DNA of 64,000 nucleotides from the human T2T-CHM13v2.0 reference genome, Homo sapiens. The stretch lies in NCBI RefSeq assembly GCF_009914755.1, contig NC_060942.1. The stretch is one strand, 5' to 3'. Below, in pieces: positions 42,953 to 54,892 of the stretch (position 1 is the stretch's first letter; each line of letters begins with the position of its first letter). The position numbers and the translations under genes are program-made. Under the pieces are notes generated by a model. It was not told where the DNA came from. It saw only the letters and a program-made list of their open reading frames with translations, and did not search any database.

Positions 42953-43919
42953 TTAGGGGAAAAAAGTATCTTTTTAAAAATTATAAACAAATGGATTCAT
43001 TAAATTAAACTAGATTAAATTTGATTTTTAAAAAGTAGCTGGCCCAAAAGAAGGCAATCTTATAATTGTATTTTACGTTATTTTCATCACATTTCCATAT
43101 TACTTTATGATCTATATCGATTTAGCTGATGATTATTTCAGATTATCTCCTGTAACTCTACCTTGAAATCCTTTTGTAACTTTTAAAAAATTTATTATTC
43201 TCGATAGAAACTCCTCCATTCATAATTCTTATGTGGTACTTATAGTTCAGTGAGGCAAAGAGAATCTTTGCTTGGCTTTTCAAATAGAAGAGCGTTAATA
43301 AAGGGAATTAAATATATAAGAATTAACTGCTAAAAGGGAAGGAAGTGATCACTGTGACAGACGGTGAGAAATAGCTAAAACTTGGCTAAAGAAAGAAAAG
43401 AAAAGGATAGGGTTCCATAACTTCAGAGCCGAAAGGATGTGCTGGGTGGAACTAACGCTCAGAATTTTAAAGAAAACAAATTCGACAGCTGTATCTAATA
43501 TTTCTGAAGTTTATTCTGGTATGCAGAAGACGGTTGAAATCAGTGGAAGCTTCAGAGACCAGCAAATTCGTGGCGTCTCTGGCCAATATGTGCTCTCAAA
43601 CTCCCTTGTAAAAAGTCTTAGTTTTAGGGCCCATTCCCAAACTTAACTCATTAAGTCTAGAGTTGTATACATTAAGAAGTATCTCCAATAGTGAAAATGT
43701 TTCTGTATAACAGTTTAAATTTCCAAAGTGAAAGAAAGCGTATGTATGTGTGTAAATGAATGAATTCTTAAGTTGTATAATATTTCACTCTCTTCTTCAT
43801 CTTTACCTAAAAAGGCAAAAGTTTCATTTCAATATACGTGCCTAATACTATATAACCATTTCCATTACTAGAAGAATTTGATAAAATTCTTATTTTATTT
43901 TCAGAGAAAATAATTGATT

Positions 43920-44460
43920 ATATAGTAGCCACTGTTTTTTGGGACAACAATGTTAATTGTACTACAGTTTCCTTCTGTAGTATCTCTCTATTTGTGGCCA
44001 TCAAAATCCAGTCCATGCGTTTTTTGTAAATGCGACTTCATCTCCCAGTATCAGAAGGAGTGAAAATCCAGAAGTAAGTTAATCCTTGCTTTACATTTAT
44101 TAGAAAAATAAATCATTCAGATATTGACATATGATCCCTCAAAGCTAATAATACGAAATTCAAGTGTAAGTTTGAGTTCTCAGAAAAAAAATTATCTTTT
44201 TATCCATAAACTGTAAATCTGAAATGGTTTAGGGACTAAAGCCTTGGTATGTCATATTTAATACTATTTGATGCTTAAGATTAAATCCAAGAAGCAGGCA
44301 TGGAGCTCAAATATGAAGAGACATGAGAGTCCAGGCTTAAGTGTTGTTTGTCCCATCCCTTGAATTTTGAGATTATTTCAGTCAACAAATACTTTTTCAG
44401 CTTGAGCTGATTTGGGTTGTGTTTTCAGTTAATTGTAACCAAAAAAGTTATAACTAATTA
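43920..44460 (+). mobile_element. Old MLT1 (J/K-like) LTR relic
   Basis: 3' end GCTTGAGCTGATTTGGGTTGTGTTTTCAGTTAATTGTAACCAAAAAAGTTATAACTAAT matches late-MLT1 termini; 5' boundary approximate. Confidence 0.5.
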
Positions 44461-45472
44461 AATAGAGTATATGCTTTGTGAGATATGTTGCTTTTATGTA
44501 ATCACTAATTTATCTCAAATGCCAAGATCTGATATATAATATACACTTAGTAACTATGTTTACGATAAAATATATGAAATAAATTTTATGCAAAATAAGT
44601 TTGATTTTGTAGACTGTATAATAACAATTAGTTAAACATTGTCCTCTAGGTTTATTAATTTTGAGGCATTTATAGATGGTCTTTTTAAAGGGAAAGAGAA
44701 TATCATTTGGGTAGTTTAATCAATTTTTATCTTTCTCTTTCTAGCTTTTACTGAACTTGAATTTCAATGTGAACAGCAAGATTTGAATAGAAACACTTTA
44801 CTTTGACAACAATTAAAATTATTCATACCATGACACAGTTCAATATATTACAGACTAATTAACTGCATTTTTACTTCATGATGATAAAGAACTCTAAATA
44901 ATACTTCCTCAAATATCTGTGGGGTACCATTAGATTCCAGAGCTTTTGATTATTAATAGCTATACTTAGTACCATGGTCTTTCATCTATTGATATTCCAA
45001 CAGTGGCCTTTCCACTTTATTTCTTTATGCTTTTGTTATTGCTTACAAAGAAAAGCCTTCATGAAGCATACAGAAAGCACAATATTTTTCATTCTATTCA
45101 TCTTCACTTTCAAGCATTTGGGACTCCTGAAACAATGGAAAATGATCATTCTCTCTTATTTTTAAATTGGATTTTAATTAGAATGTACAAGTTCTGCATG
45201 GTCTTCAATTATATTCTATATTTCATGTGATTCCATTTACTGTTTAATCATAAATATCACTTCTGTTAGTACTTTAAGTACTGTATAAAGCACTAAAACC
45301 ATGGCAAAAATTACAAATTCTTATGTTCAAAATAGGAAGGACCTGTACGTTCAATAAAAATCTTATTTTATTGTATTTTTATATTTACATTACACTTGTT
45401 AGCTATATCATGTAGGTTTTTATATCATGGGTTTGATTTCAATGATTTTTAAAGTCTATCTTTTAGACGTAA

Positions 45473-45525
45473 TCTCTCTCTCTCTCTCTCCCTCTCTCTC
45501 TCTGTTCCTCCCTCCCTCTCCCTCT
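45473..45525. repeat. (TC)n / CT-rich repeat
   Basis: Direct reading. Confidence 0.85.
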
Positions 45526-45527
45526 AG

Positions 45528-45770
45528 CATTTTATTTTGAGATAATTTTAGACTTCCAGAAGAACTGAAAAATAGTCCAGGGAATTTCCATACAATCTTT
45601 AGCCAGGTTCTTCATATGTTAACATCTGAACAAAACCATGGAAAATTATTAAAACTAAAAAAAAAATCTTGGTATAATGCTATTTTAGCTAAACTACAAA
45701 ATTTATTCAAATTTCACTGAATCTTTCTCTAATGTTCTTTTTCTTTCTGTTGGATTGGGATTTATTTCAA
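45528..45770 (-). mobile_element. L1MC4/5-like 3' end fragment
   Basis: TTTATTTTGAGATAATTTTAGACTT...AAAATAGT...TGTTAACATC...AAAACTAA...AAACTACAAAATTTATTCAAATTTCAC...AATGTTCTTTT. Confidence 0.7.
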
Positions 45771-45974
45771 CAGACTCCACCACTGGTGCTAACTACATCT
45801 GCAGTTTCTACCTTCTTTCTCCTTTATTGGAGAGCTTAGCTCTTACATTGAAAGTGTTAATTTTCATCATCTTCCCCAAACCCCTCTACTTTCTCTTTTA
45901 TTTAAGGCCTATGTTTCTATTCTGTAATCAAGAACATCAGTACTACAGGTATATAGACAGCCAGTTTAGCTTGA

Positions 45975-46006
45975 ATGAAATTATTATAATATGAAATTAT
46001 TATAAT
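45975..46006. repeat. Perfect 16-bp tandem duplication
   Basis: ATGAAATTATTATAAT x2. Confidence 0.85.
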
Positions 46007-47484
46007 TTATAATATTATAAATTAAAAACAGATGAATTTTTTGGTTTAAACCAGTCAATGCCTATATACTGACATATGTAAAATAAAGCACTACTTTCAC
46101 TGGAAAACTCTCATCCCTCAATTTTTATTCCTCTTTTGCTCTTGGCAACTCCCATACTTCCACACTAATGCTTATTCTCCTTCTTATTGGTAACAAAAAC
46201 TGTCAGTTTATCCCCAGCGATTCCTTTTAAATCTGCTTTTTCCCCCTTTCATCCCTGTGGCTATTCTGTCTTCCAGTCTCTGCCCACCTGTTAATTTCTG
46301 ACTGGCCTGCAGTTGCCTGCGGTCCACTTCCCCTGAGATTCCCCACACCAATAATCCACAGCATTATCACTCCTCTCAAGCACCTCCTATTCCACAGAAA
46401 AAAGACAACATCTCTGAACAGAGTTGGCCCAGCCTCTTCTCTTGACACATTGCTTTATCAAATGTGTACTCTCTCTTCTCTCCCTCACCCTCTTTCCGTC
46501 AATTGTCTCCCATCCCTGGGTAAAGGTACCTTATACTTAATGCATGAACATGCTCCTGTCTCTGTCCTCTCACATGTAATTCCTTTTTATTATGTATGTT
46601 CTCCCTCAAGGCATTCTTTTCTGTCCATTGCAGCCTCCCTCCCTGACATTATCAGTTCTGAATCATTTACCTTTTCTCACATAAATCTCTCATGCATCAA
46701 TTCCTCTGCATATGACATTCACCTTGCCAGAAATTACCTCACCTCTGCCCTCCAGATTGAATTCTCCCAACAAAGAAGCCTAAGCAAGCACAAGTGTCCT
46801 TGTCAGTGTCATGCTTTGCCTGGCTTCACACAGAGGCAGGTGTCACTCTAGTACCTGTGAGTTCCTCATTGGATAGCTTAGCTCTTAAATTGAAAGTGCT
46901 AATTTTCATCATCTTTTCCCAAATCTGCTTATGTTTTCATCTTTACAACATCGCCTACCCTTTATTGCACAAGACCCTAGGAAGCACTCTATGCATGAGT
47001 AGAAATAAACAAATAAATGAATACGTTCAAATGGCCTACATATTTTCTAAATAGATCCTGAATAAATAAGGAAGGCAAGTGCCATCTCTAGTGTTGTCAC
47101 TCTACTGTCACTTACTCTTTGAAATCTTGGGCATGTCTTCAGCTTAGATAGCACAAGGGAGAGAGTGAAACTAATTAATTAATAATTACTTACAGAGAAG
47201 CTACTAGATTTTTAACGCTACAGTTATCAGCTGAGAATAGCTCATAAACTTGTTGGAAAAAACTAGACTTTCTTATCTTTTTTATTTGTCCCTGAATGCC
47301 ACAATTTATATGCATTAACTGGAAAATAATTGTTTAGCAATAGGCTTTTACCCCATATAGGCAAGGTGTGAAGTGTGGGATCTTCACATGGAATTATAAT
47401 TAAAAATTTTTTATGAGTGATACTTATTATTTAAAGCAGCCCATTCTAAACACCAGAATATTTCATATTGTTGGATAAAATATG

Positions 47485-47778
47485 GTATTATATACATTAT
47501 ATTATATTATATACATATATGGTAACATGTATTTTAATATAATAAAATGTAAACATATTTATATTAATTTAATACAAGTAATATCAAATTAATACAATTT
47601 TATTCTATTAATATATTATATAAATATAATATAATATAATATTTAACCCATTTGGATTGAAGCATAGGTGTAGCATAGAGTTTGGAAATTTGTCTGCATA
47701 TATATATATATGTATTGGTAGCACATATTTTATCCAACGATATGAAGTATTATATATACTTCATACATAATGTGTATA

Positions 47779-47828
<50 letters not shown>

Positions 47829-47850
47829 AGTCTATATTCATACATATATG
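47485..47850. repeat. AT-rich low-complexity tract including long (TA)n (~47787-47825)
   Basis: Direct reading. Confidence 0.9.
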
Positions 47851-48908
47851 TAGAACCTCAGAAGGGATCTTCAGTTTGGAGCTTTATAAAGATTCACAAG
47901 AATTTGTTACAAATTGTTTAATATGTATTCTACAATAAAAGTTAAATATGGTTAAGTATACTGTTTATTCAGGCAGAACTCTCTCTATATATATCGAGTT
48001 CTTAGATAAAGTCCTGTAATAGAATTTCAATTTTTTTCTTATTGAGCATCTGATGATAACTTCTAAAACACTGTAATTAAAAGAATGATCTTATCTGGCC
48101 TGCTCCAAATTCCTGTCGTCCTGGTGTTCCAGTTCTGATCTTTTCCTAGGGGGTGTTTTCCCTTTTTATCCTACCCCCAGTAAGCCCAATTTATCTAATC
48201 TCTTCATTTCTCTCACTCCATTCAGGGATGGGATAACATTTCATTAAGTTTATTATTTTCAGATATTCCTTGCTCTTTGCATCTGCAAATACTCTAATTT
48301 GACATCAGGAAAACTTCTAAGGTTGTATAAAATGCTGGCTAGTAACCCAACTGTCTAATGCAAAGCTGTGTATATCACAACACACAGGTGCTTCCGTCAA
48401 AAGCATTCTTGTTTACCCACTGGCATTTTCTAACATTTTCTCAATAATCCAGTGGAGGCTGCATTATTTCCCCATGCATTATATTTTGTGATGTCTTTAA
48501 TTTCCCTGCTGTATTCCTTGACACAAGTCATTCTCTAGAGTAGAGACGTCAAATAAGTCTCTTGTAAATTGGAATATTGCAAATAAAGTGCATATTACTT
48601 CTAGCTCTGACAATGTCCATATCACTTATAACACCATTTACATGCTACTTACAAACAATTTTCAGTGGATCAAAATTATTGTGTTCAAAAACTTTCATGT
48701 AGCATACTGGACATCTTTTTTTTTCTGATAGAATTTAGCTATGATTAGGTCTCTACTGTGGAAAGCAGTAAGTTCAATTAAATGTCCTGCTGTTTGTGCC
48801 ATACCGCATGCTGTGTAAAACTGCTAAGCAGAGGCAGCCCAGGGGTCGTACTATTCATACATCTCAGGCCCATAAATGAGTGGTCTGTAATGGGTGTTTA
48901 TTTAACAA

Positions 48909-48940
48909 ACACACACACACACACACACACTCATGCACAC
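48909..48940. repeat. (CA)n microsatellite
   Basis: Direct reading. Confidence 0.9.
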
Positions 48941-48954
48941 ATCTACATATCTTG

Positions 48955-49060
48955 CATGTCATGGATGAGAAAACTGAAGTCAGACAAATTAATTTGGCCA
49001 GCTACTAATGGGGAGAATCGATATTGGAACCCAAGCCTGCCAAATCCCAGAGTGTTTAAG
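48955..49060 (-). mobile_element. MIR fragment
   Basis: GGATGAGAAAACTGAAGTCAGA...ATTGGAACCCAAGCCTGCC. Confidence 0.7.
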
Positions 49061-49689
49061 TTATAATTTAGTGAGGAAAGTAACTAGCACAGAAAAGGTT
49101 TAAGGTAAGTGTATAATTAAAATGAAAAGAGTAAAATTTGGCCTCAAAGGTCAGTAAGAGTGATCTAAAAACACTAGAAAATTTTTCTTGGAAGAGATGG
49201 AATAGACTGGATTTTCAAACTTAGTCAATTGTTTTGGCTAAAAATGGGTAGGGTAAAGGGCATACATAATTTCAACCAGAAAGAAAAAAGTATAATCAAA
49301 GTCACAAAATGAAAAAATATGAGCTGTCCCATATGTGATAAACTTAAGATATAATATTTAACCCATTTGGATTGAGGCACAGACAGAGCATACTCTTTGT
49401 AAATTTTTCTGCACTCAACAATGCTTAGTGTGCTGCCATTGAGAAGTTCATCCCAGGTCTGTGAGATGTGAAGATCTTGTTCATTCATCATTTATTGAGC
49501 TACTAGTTTCAGACATGAGAGTAGGTGTGCTACATATGTTACATGCACTATTACTACCTTTAAGAAGCTTTTGAGATAGGAAACAATTTATATTGAGCAA
49601 ACTTAAACATATTCACTATATCATATTGTATTATGATGTACTGTTAATTGTTGCAGCTTTCCAATTTAAGGTAGATGACTTTAAATCAT

Positions 49690-49895
49690 TATATTAGCAC
49701 AGGGATATTTAATCTAAGGACCACCTTATATCAGGTGTAAGGTTTTCGTCATTATGCGTAAACATCTCTGAGACCTAATTTATTCATCCCCATAAAATGG
49801 AATTAATAACACCTCACAGGATTTGGAGAATATTAAGTTATCACACATACATGAGGGGCACAGGATCTGTCCCATGCTTAATCAATGCTAGTTCC
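49690..49895 (+). mobile_element. MIR
   Basis: AACATCTCTGAGACCTAATTTATTCATCCCCATAAAATGGAATTAATAACACCTCACAGGAT. Confidence 0.65.
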
Positions 49896-52849
49896 TTTCT
49901 CCCTGTGATAGAGTGCTAAATGTAATGTTTTGAACAAAAGATATCAGGGTTCAGAGAATCAAAGGTCAATGTAGGTAGGAAAAATGGATAACATGTTAAG
50001 AAATTATTATGAGATTTTCTGACTTTTTAACTAGAAAGACCTATTATGAAATTCTCATAGGCAAAGAAAAAGAACAAGTGTGTATGCGTAAATTTATGCA
50101 TACGACAAACAGAAAGGAAGAAAGAGAGAGAGAGACCATTTCAGGGCTGTTGGCACATCAGTATAATATGGCAAAATAAGGGCATTTCTTATTCAGGAAG
50201 GATCAAGGTGGGTGCCAGGGGTTGATGTGCTACATGCCAAAGTTGGAAAGTTTGATTGAAGGTTACTTATGAGTAATGAAAGGACTACCGAGAATCATAC
50301 TATTTCTCTATCACTACTTACTTCGAGTTTCCAGACCTAAGTTACACAATCTGAAGACTTCAATGGCTTCAGTCCGTCTCATTGTGAGTATTATCCCTCC
50401 TCAGATTGCCTCACTGTGAGGGGATCTATTTTTCACTCTTTCCAATGACTAATCTTTTTGCTGTCTCTGATGCTTGGACACTTAATTAAATAGGATGGAT
50501 ACCAATGAATACAAAAAGGAGCCCACAACTCATGAACATCCATCACACCTATTTTACTATATATTCCCACGACAATGCATCATGTAGATACCTGAATAAC
50601 AGAATAGTTAAAATGTGGCAGGTTGCTATTGAAAAATAATTTAAGAGTTTTCAAACAGATGTGCTAAGTTTTTGCATTAGATAAATTTTACTTCTTCAGT
50701 TTTTCTCTGAGCATTAGAAATGTCACCACCTTTAAAAAGGTCACATAAACTTTAAATTAATCAAGATTTTTAAAAAGTACTCTAGAGTGTCTTTTTAAAA
50801 CTGTTTTTGGCTTCTAAAATTTAAAACACTTGCAAAAGGTAATCCAATTTGGCAAGATGAGAGTTTTTCTCTATTTTAATGTTCACATAGTGAAAAAGAA
50901 AGTTAATTAAAAATGCTTGAAATGTCCAGTGCATTTGATCTGTATACATCTTTACTTCTTAAAATTGCTATACATTAAGTCAATATAATCATATAAATGC
51001 AATTCTAAATACGTTCTTACAAACACATTTGAGTTAGCAAAATTATTATTTGCAATAGAACCAAACAATCTGCCTCTTATTGATACATTTGCTAATAAAT
51101 TTCCTTTATGTACTGCTTTAGCTCAAGTCCACTGTTACATTTACAGATACCACATTTACATGGTGTCATAGTTAATGAATCAGTGCTTTGAATACCTCAT
51201 TTATAAATGCATACATATATGAAGGTGATTTCATGCCAAATTCAAGGGCTAGAATTATTTTCACATGTATTTTCCTTTGTATGCCTTTATTTTGACCTTA
51301 GAAAACCAGCATATTTAACCTAAATGTTGTAATTGTTTTTCTTCTCTGTTCTAAAGTAGGCAAGTTTTAAGGAAAGTCATATCTGATTAAAGTGAAAACT
51401 AACCTTTTTCACTGTGACTTATCCTTTTCTAAATGAACTCATTATTATACATAAACAATCCTATTGTCTCTAGCTTAAATGAAGGACCCCATTATCTTTT
51501 CTTATCATATTAGAGCCCTTGAAATATGGATTTAGCACAATTTTATTGCTAAGGGTCTTCTTAACTCTGATAGGAAGTATTACAATGAAGTGCATACAGT
51601 ATAAGCTACTTCAGTGAATAGAGCTTTTCATACAATAAGGAAAGAGAAGAAACTTTCTTTTCTCAAGTCTTGTTGTTTCCCATTAGGAAACCCTATGTGG
51701 TGAGGATACAGAAAAAATGTATCTGAGTTTTGTGTAGCACATCCAGAGAGAATAACATACGATTGACTATTTGCTTCATTTGTCTTTGAATACCAGAATC
51801 TCAAATCAGATAGTCAATTGGTGTTCTCTTAGTTCAGTTACCTAAAAATAACAATGCCTGCAAAAGTGTTCTGTGAACTTGACCAAATGAGTAAAACCAC
51901 AAACTGTAATTAACATTGTATAAAACTTGTAATATGTAATTAAATGTGAGGAACCATCAACGGTACATAAAAGATTATGATAAATCTCTAGTTTCTCATT
52001 TCTAATGAGAGCACTAATCACTTTCGCTGAGTGAATGGGCTTGGTGATAGTTACATTCAACCCTTGTTCAGGTCATCTGAGATATAGTAGGATATTAATG
52101 ACAGCTTTCAGGGCCTCTGTTACTTAGTTGTTGGTCTAGCTCATGCTCTTACTGAAAAGTAGGTTTTACTTTTACCTGTTAACCTAGAAATGGAGTTGTG
52201 ACAGCAGCACCAGTGTTCTCTAAGCTAAGCATCTCTTTGAGACTATCAGCTTTTGTGGATCCGATGGATACAGTACTTTCTTTCTCTGGAGTACATTCTC
52301 TGTATATAGGAAGGACCTTAATGAGAATGGATGAAAAGGGACTCTCCATTTCTGTAGGGCCATGAAACTTCCTGGGAAACATCATTAAACATTCCTTCAG
52401 GAGACATAACCTGAGGAGAAGACCACGGCTCATTTTTCATTATGTAAGCTACATTAATATATGCCATATGTTTAATAAACATTATAATATTTGTCTTTTG
52501 TTAATTATAATGAAAAAGAGAACAATGAAAGTCAGAAAAATATCAAATGAAAATTCTAAAAGCCTAATAATTCCAACACAAATGGGTAATTTATATGCAT
52601 TTTTATGTAACTGTGCAGACTTTTGTAGAATTTTAAAAGGTCTGTAGTATGCCACAGCAATAACATTCTACTGTTTTATTGAAGTTGTTCATAATATGTC
52701 TAAAACTGTAATGAGTCATTTTATAGCTATACATGCAAAACAATCGTTTATCCAGGAAATTTTCAAAAAATCAAATCAGTTGGTCCTAATTTGTACATTT
52801 CTCAAGAGTTAGGGACACATACACCAAAAAGCTGAAGCCTTCTTGATAA

Positions 52850-53310
52850 TGTTTTAAAAATATATCAGCATAAAATGATTATAGATTCATAGGAAATTAC
52901 AAAATAGTACTCTTCACCAAGGTTCCCATAGTGATCACATTACACACAATTACAGAACAATATCAAAAACAGAATGGACACTGGTGGAAGGTGTGCATGT
53001 AGTTCAATGTCATTTTATCACATGTAAATTTGGGTACCCACCACCAAACTCAAGATAGTTTATTGAATTGCAGCGAAGACCTCCCTTACACTAACCTTTT
53101 ATAGTAATACCCACTCTGCTCTGTCCTCACCATCCTCAACTCCTGGCAACCTGTTTGAATCCATATAATTTCACCATTTCAAAAATGTTATATAAATGGC
53201 CTCCTACAGTATGCAAGCTTTTGAGATTTGTTTTGTTACTCAGGAAAAGGCCCATGAGAATTATTCCAGTTACCACATGTACTAATAATTTATTTTCATT
53301 TCTAAGTGTA
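52850..53310 (-). mobile_element. L1MD-like 3' region fragment
   Basis: ATAGATTCATAGGAAATTACAAAATAGTAC...CAACTCCTGGCAACC...CATTTCAAAAATGTTATATAAATGG. Confidence 0.7.
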
Positions 53311-53329
53311 GCTCTGTTTTGATCTATCT

Positions 53330-53697
53330 GTACTGTTTTTGCATGTATCTCAGATAGTCCTAAATCCAGGTGTGAGCAGGGCTGTGTTCCCTCCAAAGAC
53401 TCTAGAGGAAATGTCTTCTTGCTTCCTCCAGCTTCTGGTGGCTGCAAGTATTCCTTGACTTGAAATGGCATAACTCCAATCTCTGCCTCTGGGATCATGT
53501 GCCCTTCTCTGTGTGCCCTTCCTTATGTCTCTTATGAGGGCACTTGTTGCATTTAGGGTCCACTGAGTTAAATCCAAGCGATCTCATTTCAAGATCCTTA
53601 ACTTAATTACACCTGCAAAGACCCTTTTTGTAAATAAGGTCAAATTTGCAAGATCCAGGGGACATATATTTATGGGATCATCACTCAATTCACATCA
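53330..53697 (-). mobile_element. MLT1B/C-like MaLR LTR
   Basis: GCAGGGCTGTGTTCCCTCCAAAGACTCTAGAGG, CCAGCTTCTGGTGGCTGC, GATCCTTAACTTAATTACACCTGCAAAGACCCTTTTTG. Confidence 0.85.
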
Positions 53698-53724
53698 AGG
53701 GCTTTAAGCATTTATACTCCTATA

Positions 53725-54135
53725 GTTGAGTGTGCACAGCTTCTTAACTGGTTTCAGTTTCCATCTTCCCTAATCTACAACAAATTGTCCCATACAGAAT
53801 CCCAGAGTAATCCTTCAAAATTCAAGTCATGTCATGATTCTTCTCCACCCAAAACCATCAATGGCTTCCCTTTTCACTCACAGTGAAATCTGCAGAATTT
53901 TTCAAAGGCTGCAGGCTACAGGATCTGAAAACCTTACCACTTCTCCTCTGACATGACAAGCCTGCTTCTTCCTCATGACACCTAGCATCTCCTGACATTG
54001 TTTCTTTTCTATCTTCTCAAACTACAAGCTTAGTTCCTTGAGCACGTGGCATCTCTTTCTTTGTTGTTGTAGCTCACCATATAGCAGACATCCTGGCAAA
54101 GAGTAGGTGCTCAAAAGTATCTGTGAATTTAATTA
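53725..54135 (+). mobile_element. L2 3' region
   Basis: CCAGAGTAATCCTTCAAAA...AAAACCATCAATGGCTTCCC...CCTGGCAAAGAGTAGGTGCTCAAAAGTATCTGTGAAT. Confidence 0.75.
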
Positions 54136-54139
54136 AAGA

Positions 54140-54690
54140 GTAATGTTGCCAAACTCCCATCCTAGAAAAGTTCCATAAAATTATGGTATGTACCTACTAT
54201 TTATGACTCATATTGCTCATTCTCCCAAACTTTTTTTGGCAGTAGCATTGATTTTCTTTTTTATTTTTAATCTTTACCAATTTTGTGAATGAAAATAGTA
54301 TCCATTAATTTTAACAAGCATTTCTTTATTAGTGAGAATATATGGTTTCATGTTTAATTGGTAGGGATTTGTTTATTTTTCTTTGATAAATTATTTCTTC
54401 ATAGTCATTAGTTACTCCTCTCATTAAATATTTTTTTATTTTTTAAAGTTTTCTCTATATTAAAGACATTTAGTTGTCTATTATGCATTTTTAATTTTTT
54501 AAAAAGATTGTCATGCAAATTTTAATTTGTATGGATATTTTGCTACATAGAAATGCTTTCACACAGGTCTATGTAAATATTTTTTACTTTGCAATTTCTC
54601 CATCTGTTCAATTTATTTCTGAAAATGCTAAATTTATTTCTGAAAATGCTTAGAAGAATAGATATTTTTTCCATTTCTCTAATATTCTTA
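54140..54690 (-). mobile_element. Decayed L1ME-like fragment
   Basis: TTTTTAATCTTTACCAATTTTGTGAATGAAAATAGTATC...GCATTTCTTTATTAGTGAG. Confidence 0.5.
54610..54650. repeat. 21-bp tandem duplication
   Basis: AATTTATTTCTGAAAATGCT(A) x2. Confidence 0.9.
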
Positions 54691-54699
54691 TTCTTCTTA

Positions 54700-54892
54700 G
54701 CCCCAGTGATCCTCCCACTTTAGCTTCCCTAGTACCTGAGACTACAGGTGCACACTACCATGCCCAGCTAATTTTTGTATTTTTTGTAGAGACAGGATCT
54801 CACCATGTTGCCCAGGCTGGTCTCAAATTTCTAGGCTCAGGTGATCCAACTGCCTCAGCCTCCCACAGTGCATGAGCCACCACGCTCAGCCC
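54700..54892 (-). mobile_element. Partial AluJ (tail half lost, small internal deletion)
   Basis: GTGATCCTCCCACTTTAGC, TTTTTGTAGAGACAGGATCTCACCATGTTGCCCAGGCTGG; CTGGGATTACAGG segment missing near 54870. Confidence 0.85.

Noticed and set aside
45826-49413. CRISPR-like or LTR-pair reading of the short direct repeats
   Set aside because: Only two copies each, kb-scale spacing, no TG...CA ends or TSDs, eukaryotic context, no cas genes
52179-52433. 84-aa ATG ORF in non-repeat sequence
   Set aside because: No recognisable homology or domain; length within chance expectation
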